DNA of 64,000 nucleotides from a virus (IMGVR_UViG_3300042013_000018:1-64000), one strand, 5' to 3'. Counted from the first letter of the stretch, positions 27,348-37,576 are shown. Notes: generated by a model from the sequence alone, not told the origin. Translations and numbers: made by a program.

Positions 27348-28672
27348 GATAGTTTCCATATTTTAATGTCTAGATATTTTTCAGGAGTTCCTGTAGCACT
27401 TACAGGAAGACCAAGCCCACTACCGTTAACGGATTGTGCCCAGTATTGTACAATGACGTTAGATGTTGTGCTGAGTGTGAATTGGCCGCTGGCCGTTGAG
27501 TCAGCAGACACTGTAGTTGTCATGATAACAGACAAGCCGTCTATCAGAACTGTCGAATTTGTTGAGTTATATATTCTAGTTTTGGCCCGATCTACTCCGT
27601 AGATCTGCGAACCTAACTCACAGTAATACGTACCAGCGGGGAGTATTAGAGTATTAGAGGACAAACTAGCGCCAGAGATTTGATTAGTAATCGTAGTGTT
27701 GACAGTGCGTTGTTGCCAAGAGCCTGATACATTAGAGCCACCCGCTGTGCCTAGCGGACGTTGGTCAGTGGCTTGAAAGAGGGGGCTTCCTGATGCAGAT
27801 ATACCATCGATCTTTAATTTGTCTGCTGCTGTAAGTACACCAGCCGTTGTTGTTGTAGCTGAAGGTAGTGTAGTGCTCGCCCCCGTTGAGGATGTTACAA
27901 CAACTGTGGATGCAGCTGGAGTATTCCCGAGATTCGTGCCTCCAACAGATCCCGCTGCAACAGCTGCTGTGACAAAAGCTGTGCTGGCGATCTGTGTGTT
28001 ATTAGTGCCTGCCGTTGCCGTTGGGGTTGTTGGAGTTCCTGTCAATGCTGGAGAGGCTAAATCTGCCTTTAAACCTAACCCTGCTGCAACAAATGCCGTA
28101 TTGGCAACCTGTGTTGTAGATGCACCAGCACTAGCTGTCGGGACTATTGGAGTACCTGTGAATGTGGGTGAAGCAATATTAGCCTTCAAATTCAAAGCTG
28201 TCTGCTGAGCAGTGCTTACAGGCTTATTGGCATCAGTTGTATTGTCTACGTTAGCAAGGCCCACATCTGTCTTAGTGAGAGTTACGTCACCTGTACGTGT
28301 TGCGACACTTGTTACGGTGTTGACTTGGGCACCTTCAGATACACCATTAAGCTTCGTCTTATCTGTTGCTGACATAAAGCCAGCTTCAGTTTGTGTGGCA
28401 TTTGTATGTGCTGCACCACGACTACCAATATGGGTTGTTAGGTTTGTCTCAACACTATCTACACGAGTAGTCAAACCATCAATGTCAATAGCTTCTACAG
28501 CATCTTTAAGGTATTGTGTACGATTAGCAAGTTGCTGTTGAGCTACATTCAGATAGCCAGCAGTAGGAGTACCAAAGCTACTCTTTTCAGGACTACCACC
28601 AAGAAGTGGTGTAGTGGTTTCAACTTGAAATACTGTCTCTTCCCATACGGGATTCTCTACAATGTTACCCAT
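27344..28672 (-). CDS. tail fibre protein
   Basis: N-term ETTTPLLGG..LN..QQLANRT.YLK; KA..ASP..TGTP..PTA..G..TTQ.A.TAFV.A repeats. Confidence 0.85.
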   Translation of the reverse strand: MGNIVENPVWEETVFQVETTTPLLGGSPEKSSFGTPTAGYLNVAQQQLANRTQYLKDAVEAIDIDGLTTRVDSVETNLTTHIGSRGAAHTNATQTEAGFMSATDKTKLNGVSEGAQVNTVTSVATRTGDVTLTKTDVGLANVDNTTDANKPVSTAQQTALNLKANIASPTFTGTPIVPTASAGASTTQVANTAFVAAGLGLKADLASPALTGTPTTPTATAGTNNTQIASTAFVTAAVAAGSVGGTNLGNTPAASTVVVTSSTGASTTLPSATTTTAGVLTAADKLKIDGISASGSPLFQATDQRPLGTAGGSNVSGSWQQRTVNTTITNQISGASLSSNTLILPAGTYYCELGSQIYGVDRAKTRIYNSTNSTVLIDGLSVIMTTTVSADSTASGQFTLSTTSNVIVQYWAQSVNGSGLGLPVSATGTPEKYLDIKIWKLS

Positions 28673-29501
28673 ATGTTACTCCAATAAATGATGCAAATTT
28701 ACCACCCACACCTTCTTGTAGTGATGGTCCTGCAAGTTGTGTTCCGTCTGCTACTTGACTGCCATCAGCAAGAAGGAATGTATAATTACCAAAACCTTTA
28801 GCATTAGGAACGCCTTGAAACCCAAAGAAAGAGTCATAGTCAAAGTTGCCGTAATTGACTCTTACACCCAACGGCTGAGGAAGTAGGTAGGCATTGTAAC
28901 TGTCTGTCTTTTGAATATAAGTAAGAAGACTACGCTCAAACGAGGTAAGCTCTTTACCGACAAGAAGTGTGTAAGCCGCTGATCCTTCATTCTGGATAGT
29001 TGAACCAGAGGTGGAAAAGATAAAATTAGCAAACTCCATCACTTGCTCAGGGGTGGCGTGTGTGCTGTTCTTTGCAATCTTGGCTTTGATGAAGATACGA
29101 TAAACTTCATCTGTCAGTGTGATGTTACCAAAGCGTGGATTGTTGGCATCGTAGAATACAGCACCAACACTTGGGTCATAGAAGTCACCAAATGATCCAG
29201 CATTAGGAACACCAGCAAACCCAAAGAACTCAAAGATATCTACGCTAAGTAGTGTACGAGGCTGGCCAACAATCTCGCCAATGTTATCAAGATTTACACC
29301 AACAGCAGTATCAAGGCTACGCTCTTGCATAAGCTGGCGAAAGACTTCTTGTAGCTCAATCTTTCCACCAAGCAAAACTTGGACGTACTTGTCAAATATC
29401 TTAGCGCCTTCGTTTGAGACCGGGTCGTAGCGAAACTGTTCGGTATAACGTGATCTAGCTTCTGAGAGGTAGTTGATCACCTCAAAATTATTCACAGCCA
29501 T
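28665..29501 (-). CDS. baseplate wedge protein (DUF2612-like)
   Basis: LD.A.G..LD.IG.IVG.PR; FFGF.G; L.D..YR..IKAKI..N. Confidence 0.8.
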   Translation of the reverse strand: MAVNNFEVINYLSEARSRYTEQFRYDPVSNEGAKIFDKYVQVLLGGKIELQEVFRQLMQERSLDTAVGVNLDNIGEIVGQPRTLLSVDIFEFFGFAGVPNAGSFGDFYDPSVGAVFYDANNPRFGNITLTDEVYRIFIKAKIAKNSTHATPEQVMEFANFIFSTSGSTIQNEGSAAYTLLVGKELTSFERSLLTYIQKTDSYNAYLLPQPLGVRVNYGNFDYDSFFGFQGVPNAKGFGNYTFLLADGSQVADGTQLAGPSLQEGVGGKFASFIGVTYG

Positions 29502-29511
29502 AAGTATCTCC

Positions 29512-30954
29512 TTAGATGAATGTGATATTCTCAGGGAGAACTTGACCTACACCGTCGAAAGGAATAATAATATTTGCTACAGCAGTAGGAGGGTTAGTTG
29601 TGCCAATCAGCATACTATCTACCTGATGCCCAGCAATGGAGTTCACTGGCGTGTACAGACGGCTATACAAAATATCCTGACCAATACTCAGACCATCTAC
29701 ATAGTTAATGATCGCTTCACGAATTTGATCATACCCATCTTCAGGGAAATTCTGATCAGTTGTAAGCTCAAGCTGAATATAGATATTTACAGGAGTTGGA
29801 CGGGAGAATTTAATCTCTCTCGTATAACCAAACTTATCTGTAATCGTGACAGTTGTATTACCAACAGATGCAACACCGGCGCCACGGTTATCCCAGATGG
29901 CTCGTGCAATCTCTACAGAAGTACCACCATCAACCAATACAAGGAAGCTATGTCCCGGAGTTCCGTTAGCATTTGTAACGTCTGTATTGTTGTCATCAAT
30001 ATAGACTTGCTGTACATCGTCAAGACTAAACAAGGCTGAATAGACAGCTTCTACAATATTCCCAGCACGTTCAAACTTTGTATTACGAAAGCGAATACGC
30101 AGTTCTTCATCAGTCTCACGTAATCTACCACTAACAGCAGCTAATGGGTTTGTTACACTGTCCCAACCAAGACGTGATGTCTGAATCTGAGTGATAGTTC
30201 CGATAGGTTGACTAAGAGGACCAGCAGTTGTGGCGACAACATCACCAAGCTTATCTACCTTGACAATACCAAGGTTGGTGGATGTGGTGAAACTTGTCTG
30301 CAAGAAGATATCAGCCAACACAAGCTTAAGGTCATTGTTCGCTGTGTAGCTGGTGATAATCTCAGGGTAGGTGGAATCAATAGAAGCTTTCAATCCAGCG
30401 AGGATAAGAGCTTTGGTTGCACCAACAGGAGATGTATAGCTGATAATCTGTGTAGCAGCTTGTCGAGTAAAGCTTATCGTGTATGTGGTGGAATCAGCTA
30501 CAATTACGCTAGTGACTGTTACCCCTGACGTGTTATCAGCTGACAAGAGAACGTCGTTTAGAAGGCTAAATTGTTCACTAGTTGTAGGGGAAGACACTGT
30601 GTTACCAGCAGCAATCAGTGTCCCTGTGTCACCAGACAGCAATACTTGAGCAGTTGTGTAAGTGTTCTCAAACCTTGCTGGAATACCACTGAGCAAGATC
30701 ATGTTGTCTAGGGAGATGCCTGTTGCGCTATTAGCGTCAAAGGCTGAGTAAACTTGTTGTGCTGCCTCCCAGAGGTCTGCTTCAGGTACAGATGCGATTG
30801 CTACAAGGCGTCCGATTACAGAACTATCATCTGTGTTGACCGTATCACCCGGCTCAACTTGGTCTTGGAAAGCAACTACAGCACGAGCTTTATCCTCTGT
30901 TACAACTTCAGGAAGCCTTTTGGTAGTGAATCCTGTATTACTTAAACCTGCCAT
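29512..30954 (-). CDS. baseplate J-like protein
   Basis: A.G.SLDN; G..RETDEELR.R; H...V.V.GG...IA.AIW; L.IGQD..YSRLY. Confidence 0.88.
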   Translation of the reverse strand: MAGLSNTGFTTKRLPEVVTEDKARAVVAFQDQVEPGDTVNTDDSSVIGRLVAIASVPEADLWEAAQQVYSAFDANSATGISLDNMILLSGIPARFENTYTTAQVLLSGDTGTLIAAGNTVSSPTTSEQFSLLNDVLLSADNTSGVTVTSVIVADSTTYTISFTRQAATQIISYTSPVGATKALILAGLKASIDSTYPEIITSYTANNDLKLVLADIFLQTSFTTSTNLGIVKVDKLGDVVATTAGPLSQPIGTITQIQTSRLGWDSVTNPLAAVSGRLRETDEELRIRFRNTKFERAGNIVEAVYSALFSLDDVQQVYIDDNNTDVTNANGTPGHSFLVLVDGGTSVEIARAIWDNRGAGVASVGNTTVTITDKFGYTREIKFSRPTPVNIYIQLELTTDQNFPEDGYDQIREAIINYVDGLSIGQDILYSRLYTPVNSIAGHQVDSMLIGTTNPPTAVANIIIPFDGVGQVLPENITFI

Positions 30955-30963
30955 AGGGCTTCC

Positions 30964-31329
30964 TTAAACTGGGGTAATTGTAATTGGTTGTGTAATAGTT
31001 CCGTCAACAACCTTAACCGAGAATGTCAGGCTATACTGCCTATTAACAAGAGAGGAGTTGAATGTGACAATTTGCTTTACACCCGGTTCTGACAAGATGG
31101 CAGTCTGAAAGATCAAATCTACATTAGCTTTGGTTGTCTTTTTACCGAGTATGGATTGGAAGTAAGGAACACCATAAGTCGTGTTGTAGAACCAGTCACC
31201 CTTAAAACTTCTGAGGAGTATAAGGAGTCTTTGACCAACAGTCTCTGTGAGAGGGTGTGTTACCCCGATATCTGTAAGTGGACCATTCTCCCAAACACAA
31301 TCATGAGAAATATCTAATTTTAAATCCAT
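30964..31329 (-). CDS. baseplate wedge subunit (gp25/DUF2634-like)
   Basis: QRL..LL..F.GDWF.N..YGVPY. Confidence 0.8.
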   Translation of the reverse strand: MDLKLDISHDCVWENGPLTDIGVTHPLTETVGQRLLILLRSFKGDWFYNTTYGVPYFQSILGKKTTKANVDLIFQTAILSEPGVKQIVTFNSSLVNRQYSLTFSVKVVDGTITQPITITPV

Positions 31330-31338
31330 ATTAAAACC

Positions 31339-32145
31339 TCATGGGACAGGTGGACTAGTAGGAGATCCCGGCACCGATGAGATGTGTACATGGGCACTGA
31401 AGATAATGCCGTTGAAGGTCTGCACACCAATACCTGTGTAATTGCCATTGTGTGAGTAAGAACCAGTTTGTGTAGTGTTACCAATGTGCGTGATATTACC
31501 TGTGAAGTTAATACTAGGTACATCCACATTCATAGTTGGACCAACGACATTCATCTCTTCTGAGAAGTTAATGTTAGCCACGCTACAATTAATTGTCACA
31601 GGCTGGTTGCTTGTATTAACCTCGATACTGCCATCAGCTTTAATTCTAACCTCAGCTTCCACACCACCTAAGTTAGAAAACATAACGGTGTCGGAAGTGC
31701 TGTGCGTCAAAACATGCTTAGCTGGGTCGTTAATTGCTGAACCGGGGGGTTGTATGCCCGGATAGAACATCGCGTCTGAAGCACTCATCTTTCCCGCTGT
31801 TTGGGGTGTAGATGGCCTACCATTACCAGCCTTCCAAGCTGCCATATCTCGCATAGAGAAAATGGCCGTTCCTGTGGTCCCAACTTCAATTGGGAATGTC
31901 ATACCAGCTTTACTGGATACAGGAAAGGAGATTGGAACACCATAAATAGGCGGACGTTCTTTCACACTACCATCTTGTAGCTTTTGATTAATAGTAGGTT
32001 GGATATCTACCATCTGCCCAGAACCATTATCTCTAACAGCGATGACAATACAAGGAATTGCTGTATTAACACTTTCCATCTTGTAATCAAAAGCTGAGTT
32101 AACTGTATCTTGGATGGCAGCTACCAGACCTGTATCAATTGGCAT
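31339..32145 (-). CDS. baseplate spike / puncturing protein (Gp138-like N-terminus)
   Basis: NTAIPC.V..VDIQP..PISFP..TFPI..G; C-terminal H.H (AHVH) iron-binding tip. Confidence 0.85.
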   Translation of the reverse strand: MPIDTGLVAAIQDTVNSAFDYKMESVNTAIPCIVIAVRDNGSGQMVDIQPTINQKLQDGSVKERPPIYGVPISFPVSSKAGMTFPIEVGTTGTAIFSMRDMAAWKAGNGRPSTPQTAGKMSASDAMFYPGIQPPGSAINDPAKHVLTHSTSDTVMFSNLGGVEAEVRIKADGSIEVNTSNQPVTINCSVANINFSEEMNVVGPTMNVDVPSINFTGNITHIGNTTQTGSYSHNGNYTGIGVQTFNGIIFSAHVHISSVPGSPTSPPVP

Positions 32146-33034
32146 CTTTATCCACCTTCTCAAGATAGGAAGCTTTAATTTCAGTCACCCAAGACTTTGA
32201 GCGATAACCACCTGAATGACGAAGGCTGTCCACACGAAACCATCCAGTGATGTAGGTGTCTTCAAGTCTGATAATATCACCAGCAACAATATCAGGATTA
32301 AGCTGAATCTTCATCTGTATGCCGGGCTTCTTGGCTTTATCTTTCTTGGACCTTTTACGATCCCCAGAAACACGATAAGCATTTTCAATTAATCCCGTGT
32401 AGGCTGAGATGACATAAGCTTCATTGAAGTTTTCGTTGTTAGCTCTATCGTTATTTTTTACATACAGAACGTCATCATCAACTTGCCAATCCAGTCCGTA
32501 CTTCTCGCCAAGCTCATCCAACATCTCTTTAGGGCTTCCCATTAAAGGGTATCCATAAAGGATTTCATTGTTCAAGTTGGTGCCATTATAAACTCCACGA
32601 CTAACGCCGGGGAGAGCTTTACGAAGAGCCTCAGCAACCTCTTTAACTGTGCTACCCGGAGGTACAATTTCGTTTAGAACTTCGTGATTAAGTTCTTGGT
32701 ATCCTGAACCTAACTGAAGTTGTACAACCACATCTGTACCAGACTTGCGAATACTCACATGGTTAACAACACCACCGAAGATTCTCTTGATGTTGCCAGC
32801 GTTTAAGTAGCCAACACTGAGTGCCGCTGCTGGGTAATCACTATCAAGAAGTTTTAGTTGGTCAGGATTAAGGTTGTAAATCTCAATTGCAGCAGAGTTG
32901 GTACGTTTTTTATTGTCTGTTGATTTTGATACATCAAATGTTACTTGCAGATTATTCTGTATTTCAAAAGCTTCACCTGACTTTGGATTACCCACGATCA
33001 AACTAAAGACTCGATTTGTTTGATATCCATCCAT
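32135..33034 (-). CDS. baseplate hub protein
   Basis: L..TFDV.K..N.A.IEIYNL..; position between plug and spike genes. Confidence 0.8.
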   Translation of the reverse strand: MDGYQTNRVFSLIVGNPKSGEAFEIQNNLQVTFDVSKSTDNKKRTNSAAIEIYNLNPDQLKLLDSDYPAAALSVGYLNAGNIKRIFGGVVNHVSIRKSGTDVVVQLQLGSGYQELNHEVLNEIVPPGSTVKEVAEALRKALPGVSRGVYNGTNLNNEILYGYPLMGSPKEMLDELGEKYGLDWQVDDDVLYVKNNDRANNENFNEAYVISAYTGLIENAYRVSGDRKRSKKDKAKKPGIQMKIQLNPDIVAGDIIRLEDTYITGWFRVDSLRHSGGYRSKSWVTEIKASYLEKVDKDAN

Positions 33035-33046
33035 AAGGTAATCTCG

Positions 33047-33370
33047 TCAGTAGATATAGTACATATTGTAATACTCATTGATATTTTCAGGATAAACTTT
33101 GTAAGGTTCAGAGATAATATTAGCCTTCTCTTCTAACCAAAAGAATCCTGTAAGAGTATTAAGTGCATAGTCTTGCATCAGTTCATAAGATGGTACTAAA
33201 GCAACACCCTCAACCAGCGGAATATTCTCTGCTGTAAGGAGCGACAGAAAGTATAATCCAGCCCTTGAGTTATATTTGAAATCAAGGATATAGGAGTTGC
33301 CTTGCAAGTTAACAGCATAGTTATAATCTGGATCAGAGTAAAGCGGCAGTGTGATATAGTTGTAAGCCAT
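33047..33370 (-). CDS. baseplate protein (plug-like)
   Basis: 107 aa; V.L.G..Y.L.F.YN.R..YFLSL pattern. Confidence 0.7.
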   Translation of the reverse strand: MAYNYITLPLYSDPDYNYAVNLQGNSYILDFKYNSRAGLYFLSLLTAENIPLVEGVALVPSYELMQDYALNTLTGFFWLEEKANIISEPYKVYPENINEYYNMYYIY

Positions 33371-34155
33371 TAGTTTGACCTAGCCTCTCTTGATGGATCT
33401 ACGTCTACTTTAGGGGCATCAGCACTCCCATCCTCGGAGGATTTTGGTGTGCTATCAACCTTACCCTTTGTAGACTTAGCTGCTGCTTTCTTCTTCAGAG
33501 AATCAGTGATATCTTTAGGAATAACTGCTTTCTTAAGAAAAGCAAATGTTACTTGTTCAAGCTTCATATCAAAATATAAGGCATAACCAGTATTCACATC
33601 TTCTTTGAAATTAAGATCAGTAATAACTAGATTATTTGTAATCTTGCGAAGGATTGTACCATCGTACTCAAACAACTCTACAATTTGAATATTAGGGTCA
33701 AACTGACCTGTCTTATCATTGTAAATAATACCACTCATCAAGCCCTCAAGGGCTGATCTGATTTGCTCAAGTAGATCTTCTCTCGCACTATCAAGCACAA
33801 CTTCAGGAGCGCTATCAGACAGAAACTGGCCGATGCTATCGGGAAGAAACTTCTTTAGAACACTCTGGTCAGTTGAATTAACAGACACAGCTGTTGGGGG
33901 TTCAAAACTATTATAGGGTGCATTACCTTCCAAATCTTGAATCAGATAAGTGTTGGTAGAAATATCAGCACCTGAGATAACAGCAGACAAGCTTATTACT
34001 TTGTTTTCGACTATGTAATGGTCAACGATGAAAGAACCAAGGGCAATGGGATGTTTAGTCACTTGCCCCTTGTTACTTCTGTTCATCGAAATTGTAGCAT
34101 CAAAGAACACCATACCACCCGTACTGCTGTCACCCCAACGAAGGCATAACGACAT
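33370..34155 (-). CDS. Dit-like / tail tube initiator protein
   Basis: FDAT....T.HPI..G..I.DH; after tape measure. Confidence 0.75.
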   Translation of the reverse strand: MSLCLRWGDSSTGGMVFFDATISMNRSNKGQVTKHPIALGSFIVDHYIVENKVISLSAVISGADISTNTYLIQDLEGNAPYNSFEPPTAVSVNSTDQSVLKKFLPDSIGQFLSDSAPEVVLDSAREDLLEQIRSALEGLMSGIIYNDKTGQFDPNIQIVELFEYDGTILRKITNNLVITDLNFKEDVNTGYALYFDMKLEQVTFAFLKKAVIPKDITDSLKKKAAAKSTKGKVDSTPKSSEDGSADAPKVDVDPSREARSN

Positions 34156-34183
34156 ATTTTACTCCTTATTGTAGGTAAAGCTT

Positions 34184-36469
34184 TTATTCGCGGGATGGCC
34201 AATTGACTTGAGCTTGTTCAAAAGCTCCTGTAAGTGCTGTGGCTGTTGCATTAGCCATTGCTTGAGCTTGGGCTTCAACTTCAATACCCGCAAGTGTTGC
34301 ATCAACATTGACAGCTATATCAAAGTTGTTTGTTACATTGTTGTTAGTAACTGCTGCTTCAGCTTGGGACATGGCAAGTGATTTATTGTAATCTTCTATC
34401 TCTACGGGGGATTGAGGATTATACTGAGACAAGTCTTGATAAGGTTGACCAGAAGGAGTGGTTTCAGGATTATTAAAGAGCCCTAAAGAAGACTCCATAG
34501 CATTCTGGTTATTAAGACCAAAACCCTGACTTTCATAAGTAGGTGTAAGTGTGTCTGTTGGTGTAAGTGAGCTATTAAGCCTTGTACCTAAAGCATCAGA
34601 ATCTATCGCAGCACGAACAGCAGCAGCAAACTTATCACCTTCTGGGTCTGCCTGCATAGCTTTGAAGTTCTGATAATACTGTGTACTTAACTCACGATCA
34701 GCATCAAATCTTGTAGGATTCTGGTAGTAAGGAGATGTTGGATCATCATAAATAGCTTGACCGCGAGTCTTAGCTGCACCCAGACCGACCAAGAAGTTAG
34801 TAGACAAATCTCCTACAACAGCAGCAGGACTGGTATACTCCAATCCAAACAGATTGGCCTTCTCAGTGTCTGAGCGAGTTCCTTTTTCCTGAACACTTGG
34901 AAACTGTCCATTCTTCCACTTCTCAAATCCTGCAATAGCATTCAAGATAGCAGCTATCTCTTTAGACGTAGCTTCAAGTGTTGGAAGAAAATCAAACTTA
35001 AGACTTGAAATGTCCGAAAAGATTTGTTTAATATTTTGCCAATCAGCAACAAGCTCTTTAGTCTTACCTTCACCAAGCCAATCTGCTACCAGACTGTCCT
35101 TACCCTCTAGTGCCCGGACGAACGACTGAGGAAACAACAGAAGATCATCGGCCCACTTAGTTGCTTCATTGAAGCCCTCGGCAAGTGTTGTGACCAAACC
35201 GTTAGACTCAGATAATCCAGCGTTCAGGGTGCGGAAGATACGAGCAAAACCTTCTTCAACCCCGGCGTTTGATGCAACTACTGCCAAATCACTTACAGCA
35301 TTCTGATAACGGGCTTGTTCAGCTTGCGATGCTAACGAGGCTTTACCTAACGCACCACCCTCGTTAGCCCTTTCAGAGGCTGTAGCCCCGGCATAAGTGA
35401 GGATATCACTTGTAACTTTCCCTTTCTTCATATCAGCAAGGAGAGCTTGGATTGCAGCTTGACCTGTTAAATCACCCTTACCCTTGCCTGTAGCTTTAAG
35501 CTGGGACTGATAAGCTTGTGCGAAGAGTGCAGTACCCCCCGGCAAAGCCTCTGCAATTTGGCCAGTAAGTTCCTCAGATTGAAGTTTACCTTTACCAGCA
35601 ACTTGTGACAGCGCCCGGAACAAACGGTTCTGGGTAGTCTTATCAAGTTTATTAACACGGGCTAACTCTGCAAACCCACTAAATACTTTCTGGCTGTCTT
35701 TTACACTAACACCAGATCCTGTGAGACCAGAGATGAGTTTATTATAGTCACCTGACGCATCAAGGTAATTAAAACCAATCCTCTCCCCTTCTTTACGCAG
35801 ATATTGAAAAGAGCCTTGTCCTTGTTCAGCAGTACCGCCAGCTTGTTGAATGACAGCTTGGGACTGCAACTGAGCAGATACAACTTGTTGATTTCGCTGA
35901 TTCAGTTCAGAAAGGCCATAACCACCCAAACCTAGTGCTAAAGCTGGGGCATAAAGTCGCGACATGCCACCAGCAATACCACCGGCAACCGCAGCGTGTC
36001 TTGGCCTAATACCGCCATCGTTTGCCGTACTACCCGGAATATGAGTAGGATTAACTTTTGGTCTTAAGGTTGTAGACTGGGATGCCACTTTTGCAGCAGC
36101 AGCCATAGCTGTAATCAAAGCAGCATTAAGATGGGATTGATCTACATGAAATCTTGCGATCTGGAAAGTGTTTCGTGTGCTGGCAATATCAAGTGCTGTA
36201 CCTAATGCAATATTAAGCGCTGTCTGATTGACATCAAACTTGCTAACATTGAATGTAAGTTTTACACTAGCAATTTCCAGACCTTTGAGAATAGCTGCTT
36301 CCAGCTTATCTTGCTTTAGAGAGAACCTACCAAGACTAAACCCCCTGCCACCCGTTGTACCCAAACCCCTGATGCGGGACTCTAAAGCAGCAAGTTCCTT
36401 ATCTGCTTTAGCAAAAGAAGACTTGTCAATGACCAAACCAAATGACGCGAAGTATTCTGCAATTTTAAT
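34184..36469 (-). CDS. tape measure protein (probable AUU start at 36469)
   Basis: Ala-rich, ALSQVAGKGKLQSEEL.GQIAEALPG tape_meas motif; open frame extends to an in-frame TAA 9 nt upstream of ATT, just after GGAG. Confidence 0.9.
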   Translation of the reverse strand: MKIAEYFASFGLVIDKSSFAKADKELAALESRIRGLGTTGGRGFSLGRFSLKQDKLEAAILKGLEIASVKLTFNVSKFDVNQTALNIALGTALDIASTRNTFQIARFHVDQSHLNAALITAMAAAAKVASQSTTLRPKVNPTHIPGSTANDGGIRPRHAAVAGGIAGGMSRLYAPALALGLGGYGLSELNQRNQQVVSAQLQSQAVIQQAGGTAEQGQGSFQYLRKEGERIGFNYLDASGDYNKLISGLTGSGVSVKDSQKVFSGFAELARVNKLDKTTQNRLFRALSQVAGKGKLQSEELTGQIAEALPGGTALFAQAYQSQLKATGKGKGDLTGQAAIQALLADMKKGKVTSDILTYAGATASERANEGGALGKASLASQAEQARYQNAVSDLAVVASNAGVEEGFARIFRTLNAGLSESNGLVTTLAEGFNEATKWADDLLLFPQSFVRALEGKDSLVADWLGEGKTKELVADWQNIKQIFSDISSLKFDFLPTLEATSKEIAAILNAIAGFEKWKNGQFPSVQEKGTRSDTEKANLFGLEYTSPAAVVGDLSTNFLVGLGAAKTRGQAIYDDPTSPYYQNPTRFDADRELSTQYYQNFKAMQADPEGDKFAAAVRAAIDSDALGTRLNSSLTPTDTLTPTYESQGFGLNNQNAMESSLGLFNNPETTPSGQPYQDLSQYNPQSPVEIEDYNKSLAMSQAEAAVTNNNVTNNFDIAVNVDATLAGIEVEAQAQAMANATATALTGAFEQAQVNWPSRE

Positions 36470-36483
36470 TTTATATTACTCCG

Positions 36484-36753
36484 TTATTTGGTTTTATTAT
36501 TCTTCTGCTTTTGTAAAGCCTGTTCTTTCAGGGCATCATAAACATCAAGATATTCAAGAAGATCAAATAATACACGACCACTCTTCTTATCAGCTAAGAA
36601 TTCTGAGGCTATATCTAACCCGCCTTTCTCATGAAAAGCTATGCGGTAAATTTGCCAGCTACCGGAGAAAGTCTCTTGTACCTCTTTTTCCAGACCAACT
36701 GCTGGAGCTACAGATTGTTTTATTTTTCGTCTGTAGCGGGTTCTTCCAAAAAA
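36484..36753 (-). CDS. tail assembly chaperone -1 frameshift extension (gpT-like)
   Basis: -1 frame from T TTT TTG is open 89 codons: FFGRTRYRRKIK...LLEYLDVYDALKEQ..NKTK stop 36484; not in ORF track. Confidence 0.8.
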   Translation of the reverse strand, partial: FFGRTRYRRKIKQSVAPAVGLEKEVQETFSGSWQIYRIAFHEKGGLDIASEFLADKKSGRVLFDLLEYLDVYDALKEQALQKQKNNKTK

Positions 36754-37040
36754 TCAGGAAAGTTCCAAGCAATCACAGCACCATAGAGTTTAGAAAGGTG
36801 CTTGTACTTACGAGAGAAGATTACATCAAAACGTTTCTCATCAATCATGTGATTATCTTTGCTGACATAGTTGCAAATGATTTGCTTGCGCATGGCAAGG
36901 TTATCTTTGCCGCTGTCCATCTCTTCTTGATACTGTTCCATGAACTGCAAGCTTTTAGTTGCAGGCATAGCACTTACAAGGTATTCAATCTTATCAACTG
37001 TAAGTGTTGTTTGTTCCAATAGTTCAGGTAACATCGCCAT
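36720..37040 (-). CDS. tail assembly chaperone (gpG-like)
   Basis: 106 aa between tube genes and TMP; ends NFPDFLEEP with slippery heptamer. Confidence 0.85.
   Translation of the reverse strand: MAMLPELLEQTTLTVDKIEYLVSAMPATKSLQFMEQYQEEMDSGKDNLAMRKQIICNYVSKDNHMIDEKRFDVIFSRKYKHLSKLYGAVIAWNFPDFLEEPATDEK
36747..36753 (-). other. programmed -1 ribosomal frameshift site T TTT TTG
   Basis: X XXY YYZ heptamer near end of chaperone gene with long open -1 frame. Confidence 0.8.
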
Positions 37041-37081
37041 TATTTTATCTCAAGGTTAACATTGTTTAAAAGCAAACAGAC

Positions 37082-37576
37082 TTAAAATAAGTCACTAACA
37101 AAGTTAGATGCTTCATCTAATACGCCATCAAAAAGAGATGTTTGCGGCCTTTGATTCCCCGCAACAATATAGCTCTTAGTGGTCTGACAAAAAAGGTTCC
37201 AAGGGCGTTCTTCAAACTGCCCAGAGAAAGTAACTACGGGGTATCCGGTAATGTATGCTTCGTCCGAAGAGAATACGCTCTTACCAGAGTTATCTTTCAA
37301 CAACAAGCTAATTCTACCAGTACCCTCAGATAAATCAACATCGTGGATATAGGAGAGCACTTCGTTAGCTTGAACACTTTGGATGATTCCCAAGCTTAGT
37401 GTTGCTGATGTGTCCTTGTTCCTAACCCTAGTATGTTTGCCACCAGTACCTTTGACCGTATAAAACCCCAAAGGTCTTGTTATCGTAATTCGAAGCCAAC
37501 CTGTAACCTGATAGCCACCAATTGTCAGGATAACATCCTTTGGACTATAGGTGTTGACAGTAAAGGAGTTCGACAT
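37082..37576 (-). CDS. tail tube-like protein (DUF3277-like)
   Basis: TYSPKDV.L.IGG..VTGW; L.KD.SG. Confidence 0.75.
   Translation of the reverse strand: MSNSFTVNTYSPKDVILTIGGYQVTGWLRITITRPLGFYTVKGTGGKHTRVRNKDTSATLSLGIIQSVQANEVLSYIHDVDLSEGTGRISLLLKDNSGKSVFSSDEAYITGYPVVTFSGQFEERPWNLFCQTTKSYIVAGNQRPQTSLFDGVLDEASNFVSDLF

Noticed and set aside
36228-37022. 264-aa + strand ORF over TMP start and tail chaperone
   Set aside because: Shadow of minus-strand genes and the frameshift extension; no RBS, no motifs
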